Shown here: piece after piece, positions 51,683 through 60,562 of the stretch
Position numbering within the stretch: the stretch's first letter is position 1
Layout: each line of letters begins with the position of its first letter
DNA from: Bifidobacterium breve
GTDB lineage: Bacteria; Cyanobacteriota; Cyanobacteriia; PCC-6307; Cyanobiaceae
Assembly (NCBI GenBank): GCA_943325005.2
Contig: CALPNT020000001.1
Coordinates: forward strand, 5,132-69,131
Direction of reading: 5' to 3'
Length of the DNA: 64,000 nt
Made by a program: the position numbers and the translations under genes
The notes under the pieces: model-generated
Told to the model about the DNA's origin: nothing
Database searches by the model: none
Seen by the model: the letters and a program-made list of their open reading frames with translations, nothing else

Positions 51683-52076
51683 GGGCGGACGGACACAGGG
51701 TGGGTGGGGTTTCCTCCAGCTGATCCAGCAGCTCGGCCAGCCGTCCCGGATTGCGAAGAAAGAGCCATCCCAGCATCGTCTCAAATCCCGTGGCCTGCCC
51801 ATAGGTGCCGGGATTCCCCCGCCGCGGTCCGCGACCGGCCCGGTTACGACCCCGCCGCACCTGCTCCAGCTCCTCGGCCCGCAACAGGCCATCAAGGCGC
51901 TTCAGGGCTCGGGCCTGGGCCTCGGCCTTCACCTCCTCGACCACGGCCCGATGCAGATCAGCACTGCGTCCTGGGCTGGAACAGTGGCGCAGGCGCTGGT
52001 GGAGATCCCACACCGCATCTCCCAGCCAGGCCAGCTGCAGAGCCCCGAGTTCGGTGCTGGGAAAGGGGGGCTCCAT
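51666..52076 (-). CDS. mrnC: Mini-ribonuclease III
   Basis: LAWLGDAV, RRGRN, YGQATGFETMLGWL; adjacent to rlmB. Confidence 0.88.
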   Translation of the reverse strand: MEPPFPSTELGALQLAWLGDAVWDLHQRLRHCSSPGRSADLHRAVVEEVKAEAQARALKRLDGLLRAEELEQVRRGRNRAGRGPRRGNPGTYGQATGFETMLGWLFLRNPGRLAELLDQLEETPPTLCPSAHESPS

Positions 52077-52104
52077 GGCCGCCAGCCAGCGGCCGGCGGG
52101 GGGC

Positions 52105-52455
52105 TCAGGCTGGGGTGAGCCGGCCAAGCGCTGTGTCGAGATCAGGTTGAAGATGCAGGAATTCTTCCAGGCGCACCAGCTTGACGGTCTGGACGACCCT
52201 GGCATTGCCGACCACCAGGAACTGGGTGCCGGTCTCGTTGCACTGCTTCGCCACTTGCACCAAAGCACCGAGCCCGGAGGAATCGATGAAATCGATGCGG
52301 CTGAGATCAATCACCAGGGCGAGCTTGCCGGCGCCCTGCTGGCTGGCGATGAATTCATTGAACTGCTTATCGGAATAGGCATCCAGCTGTCCCGTGAAGC
52401 TAAACAACAGGCACGATGCCTGCCGTTGGCAGCCCCCTCGAAGCGAGACGGTCAA
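52105..52455 (-). CDS. STAS-domain anti-sigma-factor antagonist
   Basis: GQLDAYS, IDLSRIDFIDSSGLGALV. Confidence 0.9.
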   Translation of the reverse strand: MTVSLRGGCQRQASCLLFSFTGQLDAYSDKQFNEFIASQQGAGKLALVIDLSRIDFIDSSGLGALVQVAKQCNETGTQFLVVGNARVVQTVKLVRLEEFLHLQPDLDTALGRLTPA

Positions 52456-52582
52456 TCGCTGCAGGTCAGAGATGGCTCAATCCCCTTGGAACGCTGTGGG
52501 CTGAAGTGTAGGGACGTCCTGGCGGAATGACTCAACCGCAACAGAACGTCCCGGAACTGCTGACGATCAGTCCCCAGAGTCT

Positions 52583-53812
52583 TCAGCGCCGTTGGGCCAT
52601 CAGGGCGGTGAACCGCTGAAAATGATGGTCGCTGTCGTGGGGGCCGGGACTGGCCTCCGGGTGGTACTGCACCCCGAACACGGGCTGATCCACCATCGCC
52701 ATCGCCGCCACGGTGCGGTCATTGAGATTGTGGTGGGTGATCCTCACCCGGTCGGCCGGCAGGGAGTCGGCATCGAGCGCAAAGCCATGGTTCTGGCTGG
52801 TGATCTCCACGGTTCCCGGCGAGCCGCAGGGATGGTTGAGGCCGCGATGGCCATAGCCGAGCTTGTAGGTGTGCCCCCCCAGGGCCAAGCCGAGAATCTG
52901 ATGGCCCAGACAGATGCCGAACAGCGGCAGGTGGCGCTGGAGCAGCAGCTCCTGGGCCAGGGCGATGCCACTGCTCACGGCCGCAGGATCACCAGGGCCA
53001 TTGGAGAGAAACACGCCTTCGGGCCGCTGGCTGAGCACCTCGTCGAGGCTGGCATCCGCCGCCAGCACGGTGACTTCACAGCCATGGGCGACCAGCCGCT
53101 CGAGGATGGCTCGCTTGATGCCGAAATCGATCGCCACTACCCGGTAAGGCGTGGCCGGCTGGGGCTGGAGACGGGTATCGAAGCCGGCGCTACAGAGGCT
53201 TGACCAGTGATACGGCTGCTTGGTGCTGACACCGGCCGCCAGATTCAATCCCGCCATCGAGGGAGCGGCGCGCACCTGCCGCAACAGCTCGATGGGGGCC
53301 AGGCCCTCACTGCTGATGATGCCGTTGATCGCCCCGCCTTCGCGGAGATGGCGCACCAGGGCGCGGGTGTCGACACCGCGTATGCCCACCACCCCGTGAC
53401 GCCGCAACCAAGGCTCAAACGTCTCCTCGGCGCGCCAACTGCTGGCCAGCGGTGACAACTCGCGGGCGATCACCCCGCGCACCTGCGGCCGGCTGGCTTC
53501 CAAATCCTGAGAGTTGACGCCCGTGTTGCCCAGTTCCGGATAGGTGAAGGCGACCAGTTGCCCCGAGTAGCTGGGGTCGGTGATTACCTCCTGATAGCCA
53601 GTCATGCCGGTGTTGAACACCACTTCGCCGACAACCGTGCCCCTGGCGCCGAAGGCGAGACCGCGCAGCAGGGTGCCATCGGCCAGTAACAGCACCGCCG
53701 GCACGGTCGTCTCGGCCCCAGAGGCCAACTGGCCACCGGAGTCGGCCTGCGGGTGCGGTACGACGGCAACGGAAGGGTGGGACACGGCCGGGCGCTCGAC
53801 TGGCCCGATCAT
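52583..53812 (-). CDS. carA: Carbamoyl-phosphate synthase small subunit
   Basis: [40 protein letters not shown] overlap with trpD. Confidence 0.96.
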   Translation of the reverse strand: MIGPVERPAVSHPSVAVVPHPQADSGGQLASGAETTVPAVLLLADGTLLRGLAFGARGTVVGEVVFNTGMTGYQEVITDPSYSGQLVAFTYPELGNTGVNSQDLEASRPQVRGVIARELSPLASSWRAEETFEPWLRRHGVVGIRGVDTRALVRHLREGGAINGIISSEGLAPIELLRQVRAAPSMAGLNLAAGVSTKQPYHWSSLCSAGFDTRLQPQPATPYRVVAIDFGIKRAILERLVAHGCEVTVLAADASLDEVLSQRPEGVFLSNGPGDPAAVSSGIALAQELLLQRHLPLFGICLGHQILGLALGGHTYKLGYGHRGLNHPCGSPGTVEITSQNHGFALDADSLPADRVRITHHNLNDRTVAAMAMVDQPVFGVQYHPEASPGPHDSDHHFQRFTALMAQRR

Positions 53813-54852
53813 CCCGCAGCAGGGGTGGCCAGAGCCGCGCGCAAAGCTTCCACCCGCTGCCAGGGCCGACCGCTCCGCAGGCATGCTCTCGCCTCGGGCA
53901 GTGCCTCGGCCACCGAAGCGGCCAGGCCACAGGTCCAGAGCACCAGCGCGGTGTTGAGGGCCACCACATCGCTACGAGCCTGGTCACCCTCGCCCTGGAG
54001 CACGACTTCAAGCAGGCGCCGATTCTGCTCCAGGTCGCCACCGCCGATGGCGGCCATCGGGGCCTGCTGCAGGCCCAGGGCGAGCGGATCGAGCCACTCC
54101 TGGCGCACCTGACCATGGTCGAGCAAGCGCAGCTCACTGGGACCGGAGAGGGTGGCTTCATCGAGGCCGCCATGGCCATGGACAACGATGGCGCGCCCCT
54201 GACCCAGCTGCCGCAGGGCCTCGACCATCGGATCGAGCAGATCAGCCCGGGCCACCCCCAGCACCTGGCAATCCGGTCGCAGGGGGTTGACCAGGGGGCC
54301 CAGCAAGTTGAACACGGTGCGGACCCCCAGGGCGCGACGCAGGGGCACCAGACCCACCAGAGCCGGATGCCAGCCCGGCGCGAACAGGAAGGTGACCCCC
54401 GCTTCGGGCAGGGCGGCGATCACCCGTTCGGCAGGGGCCTGGAGATCGAGTCCCAGGGCTTCGAGCACATCAGCGGAGCCCACCCGGCCGCTGGCACTGC
54501 GATTGCCGTGCTTGGCCACATGAGCGCCGCAGGCAGCGGCGGTGAAGGCCACGGCCGTGGAGATGTTGAAACTGTCGACGCCGGCGCCGCCGGTGCCACA
54601 GGTGTCGACCAGATGCAGCGACGGGCGGGGGCCAGGCAGCGGGCAATGCTCCCGCAACACCTGGGCCATGGCCGCCAGCTCATCGCCGCGCAGGCCTTTG
54701 CAGCGCAGGGCCGCCAGCAAGGCGCCGGTGAGCGCCGGATCGATCTGCTCGCCGATCCAGCCCCGCATCAGCCGCTCGGCCTGGGGACTGTCGAGATCAC
54801 GGCCCTCGAGCAGCTGCTCCAGGAGCTGGGGAAAAGAAAAGGCGGCACCCAT
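53809..54852 (-). CDS. trpD: Anthranilate phosphoribosyltransferase
   Basis: [42 protein letters not shown]. Confidence 0.96.
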   Translation of the reverse strand: MGAAFSFPQLLEQLLEGRDLDSPQAERLMRGWIGEQIDPALTGALLAALRCKGLRGDELAAMAQVLREHCPLPGPRPSLHLVDTCGTGGAGVDSFNISTAVAFTAAACGAHVAKHGNRSASGRVGSADVLEALGLDLQAPAERVIAALPEAGVTFLFAPGWHPALVGLVPLRRALGVRTVFNLLGPLVNPLRPDCQVLGVARADLLDPMVEALRQLGQGRAIVVHGHGGLDEATLSGPSELRLLDHGQVRQEWLDPLALGLQQAPMAAIGGGDLEQNRRLLEVVLQGEGDQARSDVVALNTALVLWTCGLAASVAEALPEARACLRSGRPWQRVEALRAALATPAAG

Positions 54853-54985
54853 GGCAGCTGCGCTGGCTGGCCCCGACGCTATGTCGTCATCGCGCTGCAA
54901 TCAGGCCACCAGCGGCGAGTCGACCCACGGCCACCACCATGCCCTTGGCGGGATCGACGGCCCGGCTGGGACGGGACATCTCCTC

Positions 54986-55017
54986 AAAAAAAAGCCCGGG
55001 TGCAAAGCACGCCGGGC
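54986..55017 (-). terminator. Strong rho-independent terminator
   Basis: Minus strand GCCCGG-C-GTGC-TTT-GCAC-CCGGGC followed by T8. Confidence 0.85.
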
Positions 55018-55045
55018 CGGGTGATGGGGACCATTCCACTATTAC
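54986..55045 (-). ncRNA. Candidate small RNA (5' end unknown)
   Basis: C-rich tract GGTCCCCATCACCC before a strong terminator about 200 bp from the nearest upstream stop. Confidence 0.4.
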
Positions 55046-55136
55046 CCGAGGAGGGCCGATCTGGCGACTGTTGCTAACTGGAACGAACCAAGGCCACCCG
55101 GTGCGGCTGCCTGAGAGCGCTGCAGGCTCCTACTTA

Positions 55137-55196
55137 AATACAGCAAGTCACAGCCTTAACGCAGCAAGCTGCGGTCTCAACGCAGCAAGCTGCGGT
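55137..55196. repeat. 21-bp period repeat x3, core AACGCAGCAAGCTGCGGT
   Basis: Identical cores at 55158 and 55179, degenerate copy at 55137. Confidence 0.85.
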
Positions 55197-55213
55197 GGCC
55201 GCCAAGCCGCCAC

Positions 55214-55522
55214 TCAGGGCGAATCGGCATCGGCCGTGTCAAATCCCGAACCGACGGCCTCCGCCACCGGGGCCGGGCCCGGCCGGTATCCAGCGGCCCA
55301 GATGGCCCGGGTGCGCTGATGCAGCCCGTCCCGATTCAGACCCCACAGCCGCAGCACCCGTTCGAGATCATCCTTGAGATCGGTGGCGCCGGGAAAGCCC
55401 TCGTAGCGCATCAGCAGCCGGGCCGCATCCACCAGCTGCGCGTCCCCCGGGGGATCAGCGGCCAGCAACCGATCAATGCTCTGGCGGTCCAGGGCGTGGA
55501 GGGGGTGGCTCTGCTCGTCCAT
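55214..55522 (-). CDS. DUF3288 family protein
   Basis: QSHPLH..DR..ARLLMRYEGFPGA..TRAIW. Confidence 0.82.
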   Translation of the reverse strand: MDEQSHPLHALDRQSIDRLLAADPPGDAQLVDAARLLMRYEGFPGATDLKDDLERVLRLWGLNRDGLHQRTRAIWAAGYRPGPAPVAEAVGSGFDTADADSP

Positions 55523-55617
55523 GGCCAGGGATCAATCCCGTCGAGGCTGGCACGAAGCCAGCCTCGAGAACGCTGGGATCCCGGCCGGCTGCGTAGGTTG
55601 GGCCTCTCGATGGCCGT

Positions 55618-57375
55618 TTGAGCAGCATGAGCGCGATAAGGCTCGGCCTGATCGTCAGGTACCTGCGCCCTTATCGCCGCACCCTCAGCCTGGGGGCGGT
55701 GGCCTTGTTGGTGGTGAACCTCCTGGGTGTCGCCATCCCCCTGCAGGTGCGCAACATTGTCAATGACCTGCACCAGGGCTTCACCCTGAATGCGGTACTG
55801 CGTCAATCGGCACTGATCGTGCTGATGGCCACCACGATGGCCCTGGTACGGCTGTGGTCGCGGATGTTGGTGTTCGGGGTGGGACGCCAGGTGGAGGCGA
55901 ACCTCAAGCAGCAGATCTTTGATCACGTGCTCACCCAGGAACCGGGCTGGGTGCAGACCACCGGCAGCGGTGAGGTGATCAGCCGCGCCACCAGTGATGT
56001 CGAGAACGTGCGGCGCCTGCTGGGCTTCGCCGTGCTCAGCCTCACCAACACCGGACTGGCCTATGCCCTCACCTTGCCGGCGATGCTGGTGATCGATCCC
56101 GGTCTGAGCCTGGCGGCCCTGGGGCTTTATCCATTGATGTTGATGGTGGTGCGGCTGTTCGGTGGCCGCATGATGCGCCAGCAACGGCGCCAGCAGGAAG
56201 CCCTCGCTGACCTCAGCGATTTAATCCAGGAGGATCTTTCCGGCATTGGCGCGATCAAGATTTACGGCCAGGAGCGCACCGAACTGGAAGCCTTCGAGGT
56301 GCGCAACCGCACCTTTCGCGATGCGGCTCTGGCCCTTGGTCGCACCCGCAGCACCCTGTTCCCGCTGCTGGAGGGAATCTCTTCGGTCAGCCTGTTGGTT
56401 CTGATCGCCTTCGGCAGCGGCCAGATCGAATCCGGACGCCTGACGATCGGTGGTCTGGTGGCGTTGATTCTCTATGTCGAGCGGTTGGTGTTCCCCACGG
56501 CGCTGCTGGGCTTCACGCTCAACACCTTCCAGACCGGCCAGGTAAGCCTGGAGCGGGTGGAAGCGCTGTTGAGCCGGCGCCCCGAAATCGTCTCGCCCCC
56601 GGAGCCGCAAGCGCCAGCTCAGCCAGCCTCTGGCGCGATCGAAGCGCGGGGGCTGACGGTTCAGTACGCAGGCGCCAACCGGGCGGCCCTGGTGGATCTC
56701 ACCTTTTCCATCCAGCCCGGCGAACTGGTGGCGGTGGTGGGCCCCGTCGGTTGTGGCAAAACCACCCTGGCGCGGGCCCTGGGCCGGATGGTGGAGGTCC
56801 CCACCGGCAGCCTGTTCCTTGATGGTGTTGATGTCCGGGCCCTGGCCCTGACTGACCTGCGCCGCGAAGTGGCCCTAGTGCCCCAGGAGGGCTTCCTGTT
56901 CACCGCCAGCCTGGCCGACAACCTCCGCTACGGCGATCCGGATGCCGCCATGGAGCAGGTGGAGACAGCAGCCCGCCAGGCCCGCCTGGAGGGGGATATC
57001 AAGGGCTTCCCCGATGGCTACAACACCCTGGTGGGCGAGCGGGGCATCACCCTCAGCGGCGGCCAGCGCCAGCGCACCGCCCTTGGGCGGGCCCTGCTGC
57101 TGCAGGCGCCGCTGCTGGTGCTCGACGATGCCCTGGCCAGCGTCGACAACACCACGGCAGCGGAAATCCTGCGCTCGATCCGCCAGCAGCGCCAGCGCAC
57201 GGTGCTGATGATCAGCCACCAGCTCTCGGCGGCGGCGGCCTGTGATCGCATCCTGGTGCTGGAGGAGGGCCGGCTGGTGCAGCAGGGTCACCATCTGGAG
57301 CTGGTGGAACAGGTGGGCACCTACCGACGCCTCTGGGAACGGGAGCAGGCCAGTGAACGGCTGCAGGCGGCCTGA
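55618..57375 (+). CDS. ABC exporter, fused permease/ATP-binding protein
   Basis: N-terminal TMs, GPVGCGKTT, LVGERGITLSGGQRQR, LDDALASVD. Confidence 0.93.
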   Translation: MSSMSAIRLGLIVRYLRPYRRTLSLGAVALLVVNLLGVAIPLQVRNIVNDLHQGFTLNAVLRQSALIVLMATTMALVRLWSRMLVFGVGRQVEANLKQQIFDHVLTQEPGWVQTTGSGEVISRATSDVENVRRLLGFAVLSLTNTGLAYALTLPAMLVIDPGLSLAALGLYPLMLMVVRLFGGRMMRQQRRQQEALADLSDLIQEDLSGIGAIKIYGQERTELEAFEVRNRTFRDAALALGRTRSTLFPLLEGISSVSLLVLIAFGSGQIESGRLTIGGLVALILYVERLVFPTALLGFTLNTFQTGQVSLERVEALLSRRPEIVSPPEPQAPAQPASGAIEARGLTVQYAGANRAALVDLTFSIQPGELVAVVGPVGCGKTTLARALGRMVEVPTGSLFLDGVDVRALALTDLRREVALVPQEGFLFTASLADNLRYGDPDAAMEQVETAARQARLEGDIKGFPDGYNTLVGERGITLSGGQRQRTALGRALLLQAPLLVLDDALASVDNTTAAEILRSIRQQRQRTVLMISHQLSAAAACDRILVLEEGRLVQQGHHLELVEQVGTYRRLWEREQASERLQAA

Positions 57376-57546
57376 AGACCTGGCCAAGCTCGGTGATCCG
57401 CAGGCCCACTGGTGCTGATGGCCGCGCCGGAGGCCGAGGCGAGCGTTGCCGTGCTGTTTTCGCCATCCCGTGCGGCACCAACAACCTGCCTCTGACCAGG
57501 TCCGCGGCGTTGTTCTGGGCTGGCCTGTGCCGACTTTGTCTGGCTT

Positions 57547-57645
57547 GATCTGATGGAACAGATCTGATCAGGTCTGATCAGGTCTGATCAGATCTGATTG
57601 GATCCAATCGAATCCAAATCAAAATTCAAATCAAAATCAAATCTG
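57547..57645. repeat. 10-bp (G(A/G)TCTGATCA) tandem array grading into AAATC repeats
   Basis: GATCTGATCA GGTCTGATCA GGTCTGATCA GATCTGATTG GATCCAATCG AATCCAAATC AAAATTCAAATCAAAATCAAATC. Confidence 0.9.
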
Positions 57646-57783
57646 GACCCTTGCCAAGCTCTGATCAGCCCGGCAAGGCTCCATCAAGATCAGGCCGACG
57701 GATCTGAACAGTTGTTGAGGCCTGACCCCGAAGTGCGGCTCGGGGAGCTTACGTGAGTCATGCCGGCCGGTCGCGCGACACCC

Positions 57784-58047
57784 ATGGATTCCAACAGGGC
57801 CTTCAACATCCGCTGCACCCTGAGTTTCGGGGACATCTACGGCCAGATCCTGATCTGGATGGGGGTGATCTTCGTCAGCCTCGCCGCCGGCCTGGCCTTG
57901 ATGGGGGCAAGCAAACCGATCTTTGCCCTGGTGGGTGTGGGCCTGATCCTGGTGCTCTCCTTGCCGTTTCTACTGTTCGCCTTCACCACCACCCTGCTCA
58001 ACCACATCGCCCTGGTGCCCGACGCGGACGAACGGCGAACTTCTTAA
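57784..58047 (+). CDS. Conserved two-TM hypothetical protein
   Basis: CTLSFGDIYGQILIWM..LSLPFLLFAFTTTLLNHI. Confidence 0.75.
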   Translation: MDSNRAFNIRCTLSFGDIYGQILIWMGVIFVSLAAGLALMGASKPIFALVGVGLILVLSLPFLLFAFTTTLLNHIALVPDADERRTS

Positions 58048-58100
58048 GCTCAAAGATCTTCGCCGTTCCCGCCTTGTTCGGCCTGTTTCCCAAAGCCGCC

Positions 58101-58802
58101 ATGCCTACGTCCGGGGCGATCAGCGCGCAACTGCAGGGCGTGACCCATGCGGTGCTCGGCACCGAGATCACTGCAGCGCCTGCCGCGGGACAACAGGACG
58201 CCCTGTTTGGTTGCGGCTGTTTCTGGGGGGCTGAGAAAGGGTTCTGGCGCCTGCCAGGGGTGGTGACCACCGCCGTGGGCTATGCCGGTGGCGCCGTGCA
58301 GGACCCCAGCTATGACCAGGTCTGCAGCGGCCGTACGGGTCACTCTGAGGTGGTGCGGGTGGTCTGGGACAGCGAGCGCCTGCATTTCAGCGATCTGTTG
58401 AAACTGTTCTGGGAATGCCACGACCCCACCCAGGGCAATCGCCAGGGCAACGATCGCGGCAGCCAGTACCGCTCGGCGATCTTCGTCAACGATCCGAGCC
58501 TGCTGCAACTGGCCGAGGCGAGTCGCCTCAGTTACGCCGCCTGTCTGGCCAGCAAGGGATTCGGTGCCATCACCACCGAGATCGCCAGCGACATGCCGCT
58601 GTTTTATGCCGAGGCCTACCACCAGCAGTACCTGGCCAAACCGGGAAGCCGGCCCTACTGTTCCGCCCAACCGACGGGGTACTCCCTGGAAGACTTCCCA
58701 GGAGCCGATTACCGCTTACCGGCCTCTGTATGGACGGCCTACGACTGGTCCGTGCCCCATTGCGTCCTGCGCGGTGACAACACACCGATCCTGCTGGGCT
58801 GA
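58101..58802 (+). CDS. msrA: Peptide methionine sulfoxide reductase A
   Basis: GCFWGAE, VGYAGG, HDPTQGNRQGNDRGSQYRS, AEAYHQQYL. Confidence 0.95.
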   Translation: MPTSGAISAQLQGVTHAVLGTEITAAPAAGQQDALFGCGCFWGAEKGFWRLPGVVTTAVGYAGGAVQDPSYDQVCSGRTGHSEVVRVVWDSERLHFSDLLKLFWECHDPTQGNRQGNDRGSQYRSAIFVNDPSLLQLAEASRLSYAACLASKGFGAITTEIASDMPLFYAEAYHQQYLAKPGSRPYCSAQPTGYSLEDFPGADYRLPASVWTAYDWSVPHCVLRGDNTPILLG

Positions 58803-58820
58803 GTCCTAGCGCCGTTCTCC

Positions 58821-59156
58821 ATGGCTCCGTCCATCTCGCGCCTGGCTCTGTCCTCCTGCTTGCTGCTGGCCGCTCTCGTCAGCCCTGCCAAGGCGATGCA
58901 ATCGCCTTGGTGGGAAAACTACGACCTCAAGGAGCGTTTCGTCTGTCCTGATCACGGCGCCCTGGTGTTGGAACGCAACGAGTCCCAGGCCTCCCTGATC
59001 AGTGGACGCTCCAGTTCGATCCTGTTCCGCGAAGCCAGCGACAACCCTGGGCTCATCTATGGCAACGGTGCCTTGCGGGTGATCCTGCGTGGGGACGAAC
59101 TGACCCTGGAGCAACTGCCTCAACGCCTCCTCTGCCTGCGTACCGAAGACGTATGA
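58821..59156 (+). CDS. Hypothetical exported protein
   Basis: Signal peptide, SPWWENY, two mature-region Cys. Confidence 0.72.
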   Translation: MAPSISRLALSSCLLLAALVSPAKAMQSPWWENYDLKERFVCPDHGALVLERNESQASLISGRSSSILFREASDNPGLIYGNGALRVILRGDELTLEQLPQRLLCLRTEDV

Positions 59157-59320
59157 CCCCCTTATCTGATCGCGTCGTAATCGTGGCTCTGATCGCCACG
59201 GTGGCCCTGGTGTTTGCCCTGGTGTTCTGGACCGTGAGGCTCCATCCCGCCCAGGATCAGCAACCGCTCCAGTGGCGCCAAGGACCTGCGGGCTTGCAGC
59301 AGGGCGGATCCACGATCTGA
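59153..59320 (+). CDS. 55-aa single-TM microprotein MTPLSDRVVIVALIATVALVFALVFWTVRLHPAQDQQPLQWRQGPAGLQQGGSTI
   Basis: ATGA overlap with upstream stop and TGATG overlap with downstream start; not in ORF track. Confidence 0.7.
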   Translation: MTPLSDRVVIVALIATVALVFALVFWTVRLHPAQDQQPLQWRQGPAGLQQGGSTI

Positions 59321-59709
59321 TGACCAACGCGCTGCTGCCAACCGAGCCGCCGGAGAAACGGGATCCGCCGGAGGATCAGGACCAGCTGGAAGATCGCCAT
59401 CCACCGCGTCAGCTCCATCCCCTGCCTCGAGGGCTGGTGGAGCTGTACGGCTTTCTGGCGGTGCTGTTCGTGCTGGTGCCCGAATGGATGGCGGGCAGCG
59501 CCCTGTTCGGCTTCCGCGATGGCCGGGTGGGGTCGAATCTGCCGGCCCCTTCGGGGGCCTGGCGGCGTCTGCCCGAACTGCGACTGGCGGCGATGGGTAC
59601 GGCCCAGCTGCGTCTGCTGGCCCACCAACAACGCTTGCCTGGTTACGCCCGACTGAATCGGGAGCAGCTCACGAGCAAGCTGCTGAAACGGCTCAAACGG
59701 CTGGCCTGA
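59320..59709 (+). CDS. Hypothetical membrane protein with Rho-N-like C-terminal helices
   Basis: LHPLPRGLVELYGFLAVLFVLVPEWMA TM; QLRLLA..LPGYARLNREQL. Confidence 0.72.
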   Translation: MTNALLPTEPPEKRDPPEDQDQLEDRHPPRQLHPLPRGLVELYGFLAVLFVLVPEWMAGSALFGFRDGRVGSNLPAPSGAWRRLPELRLAAMGTAQLRLLAHQQRLPGYARLNREQLTSKLLKRLKRLA

Positions 59710-59742
59710 AGGGGCCAGGGTGCTGTGATAACTTCAGGGCGC

Positions 59743-59816
59743 CGGGGCGTAGCGCAGCTTGGTAGCGCACCACTTTGGGGTAGTGGGGGTCGCAGGTTCA
59801 AATCCTGTCGCTCCGA
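59743..59816 (+). tRNA. tRNA-Pro (GGG)
   Basis: Acceptor CGGGGCG/CGCTCCG, anticodon stem CCACT/AGTGG with TTGGGGT loop, GGTTCAAATCC T arm; CCA not encoded. Confidence 0.97.
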
Positions 59817-59846
59817 TTCAGTTCCAGCCTTGAACCCCAGTCAGAG

Positions 59847-59878
59847 AGCCGCTTCTTCCCAGAGGCGGCTTTTTGTTT
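59847..59878 (+). terminator. Terminator after tRNA-Pro
   Basis: AGCCGCTTCT-TCCC-AGAGGCGGCT-TTTTGTTT. Confidence 0.85.
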
Positions 59879-59894
59879 CGCTGCTCGCTAGGTC

Positions 59895-60132
59895 TGGTAT
59901 CCCCGTTCCGGAATTTTGCGAACAAAGCCGCTCGAGCCTTTCCAGGATCAAATCTGTGGTTGCAGTCCAGCGGAAAGGAGCTGAGCCCTTGCTGGAGTTG
60001 GCGATGCTCTGGAGTGACTGAACCTTATCGTCGCTGAGAACCAGCGGCAGCATCGAACAACTAACTGCCATGGAACGCCCCCCCCCAGGAGACACTCCTT
60101 GATTTAGCCGTTATTCCCAGGACTGCACATTA
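59895..60132 (-). mobile_element. Internally deleted IS630-family remnant (about 240 bp)
   Basis: Translation joins an IS630-like N-terminus (PLVLSDDKVQSLQSIANS) to an IS630-like C-terminus (PFRWTATTDLILERLERLC..SGT); degenerate inverted ends. Confidence 0.65.
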
Positions 60133-60344
60133 AAGACCACTTGCCCTGATTCCTAGCAGATCAGTGTGATTGATACTAGCAGCCCCGATCTTATCCGTAT
60201 CCCCAAATTCTTCAGCACATGTGAACGATTGAACGACCCAGTCGCCAATCGAACAGGACAAGCCGACTTGGGTCCTGCAGCTGTGCAGAGCATCATGGTG
60301 CTTGTCGCGGCGCGCAGTCCCTTAAGTGCTTACACGGACAACGC

Positions 60345-60528
60345 CTGCTTTGCCGATCCTGCTGGCTGGCCAGGTCCGATGCCAGGCCAGCGAACGGCTG
60401 GCACAACTGTTCATTCTCTTGACGGAGCGCCAGTGTGTCTCCTTCTGCCAGGTAGGGGTCAGCGGTCTGGTCTGGACCGGCCACTCCAGCCGGTCCGCCT
60501 TCGAAATCCAGCCAGAACCGGCGTCCAT
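60345..60528 (-). pseudogene. Frameshifted N-terminal fragment of an IS66-like transposase
   Basis: ISKADRLEWP in one frame then LRQENEQLCQPFAGLASDLASQQDR in another, resembling cyanobacterial IS66 N-termini as I recall them. Confidence 0.5.
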
Positions 60529-60562
60529 ATGAAGCAGTCTCCACCAGAAATAGAACCTGGAC

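Noticed and set aside
55137..57645. Repeat arrays as CRISPR
   Set aside because: No unique spacers, units too short, no cas genes in the window
59743..60562. Intact tRNA-integrated island or prophage
   Set aside because: No integrase or attR duplicate; only about 750 bp before core genes resume
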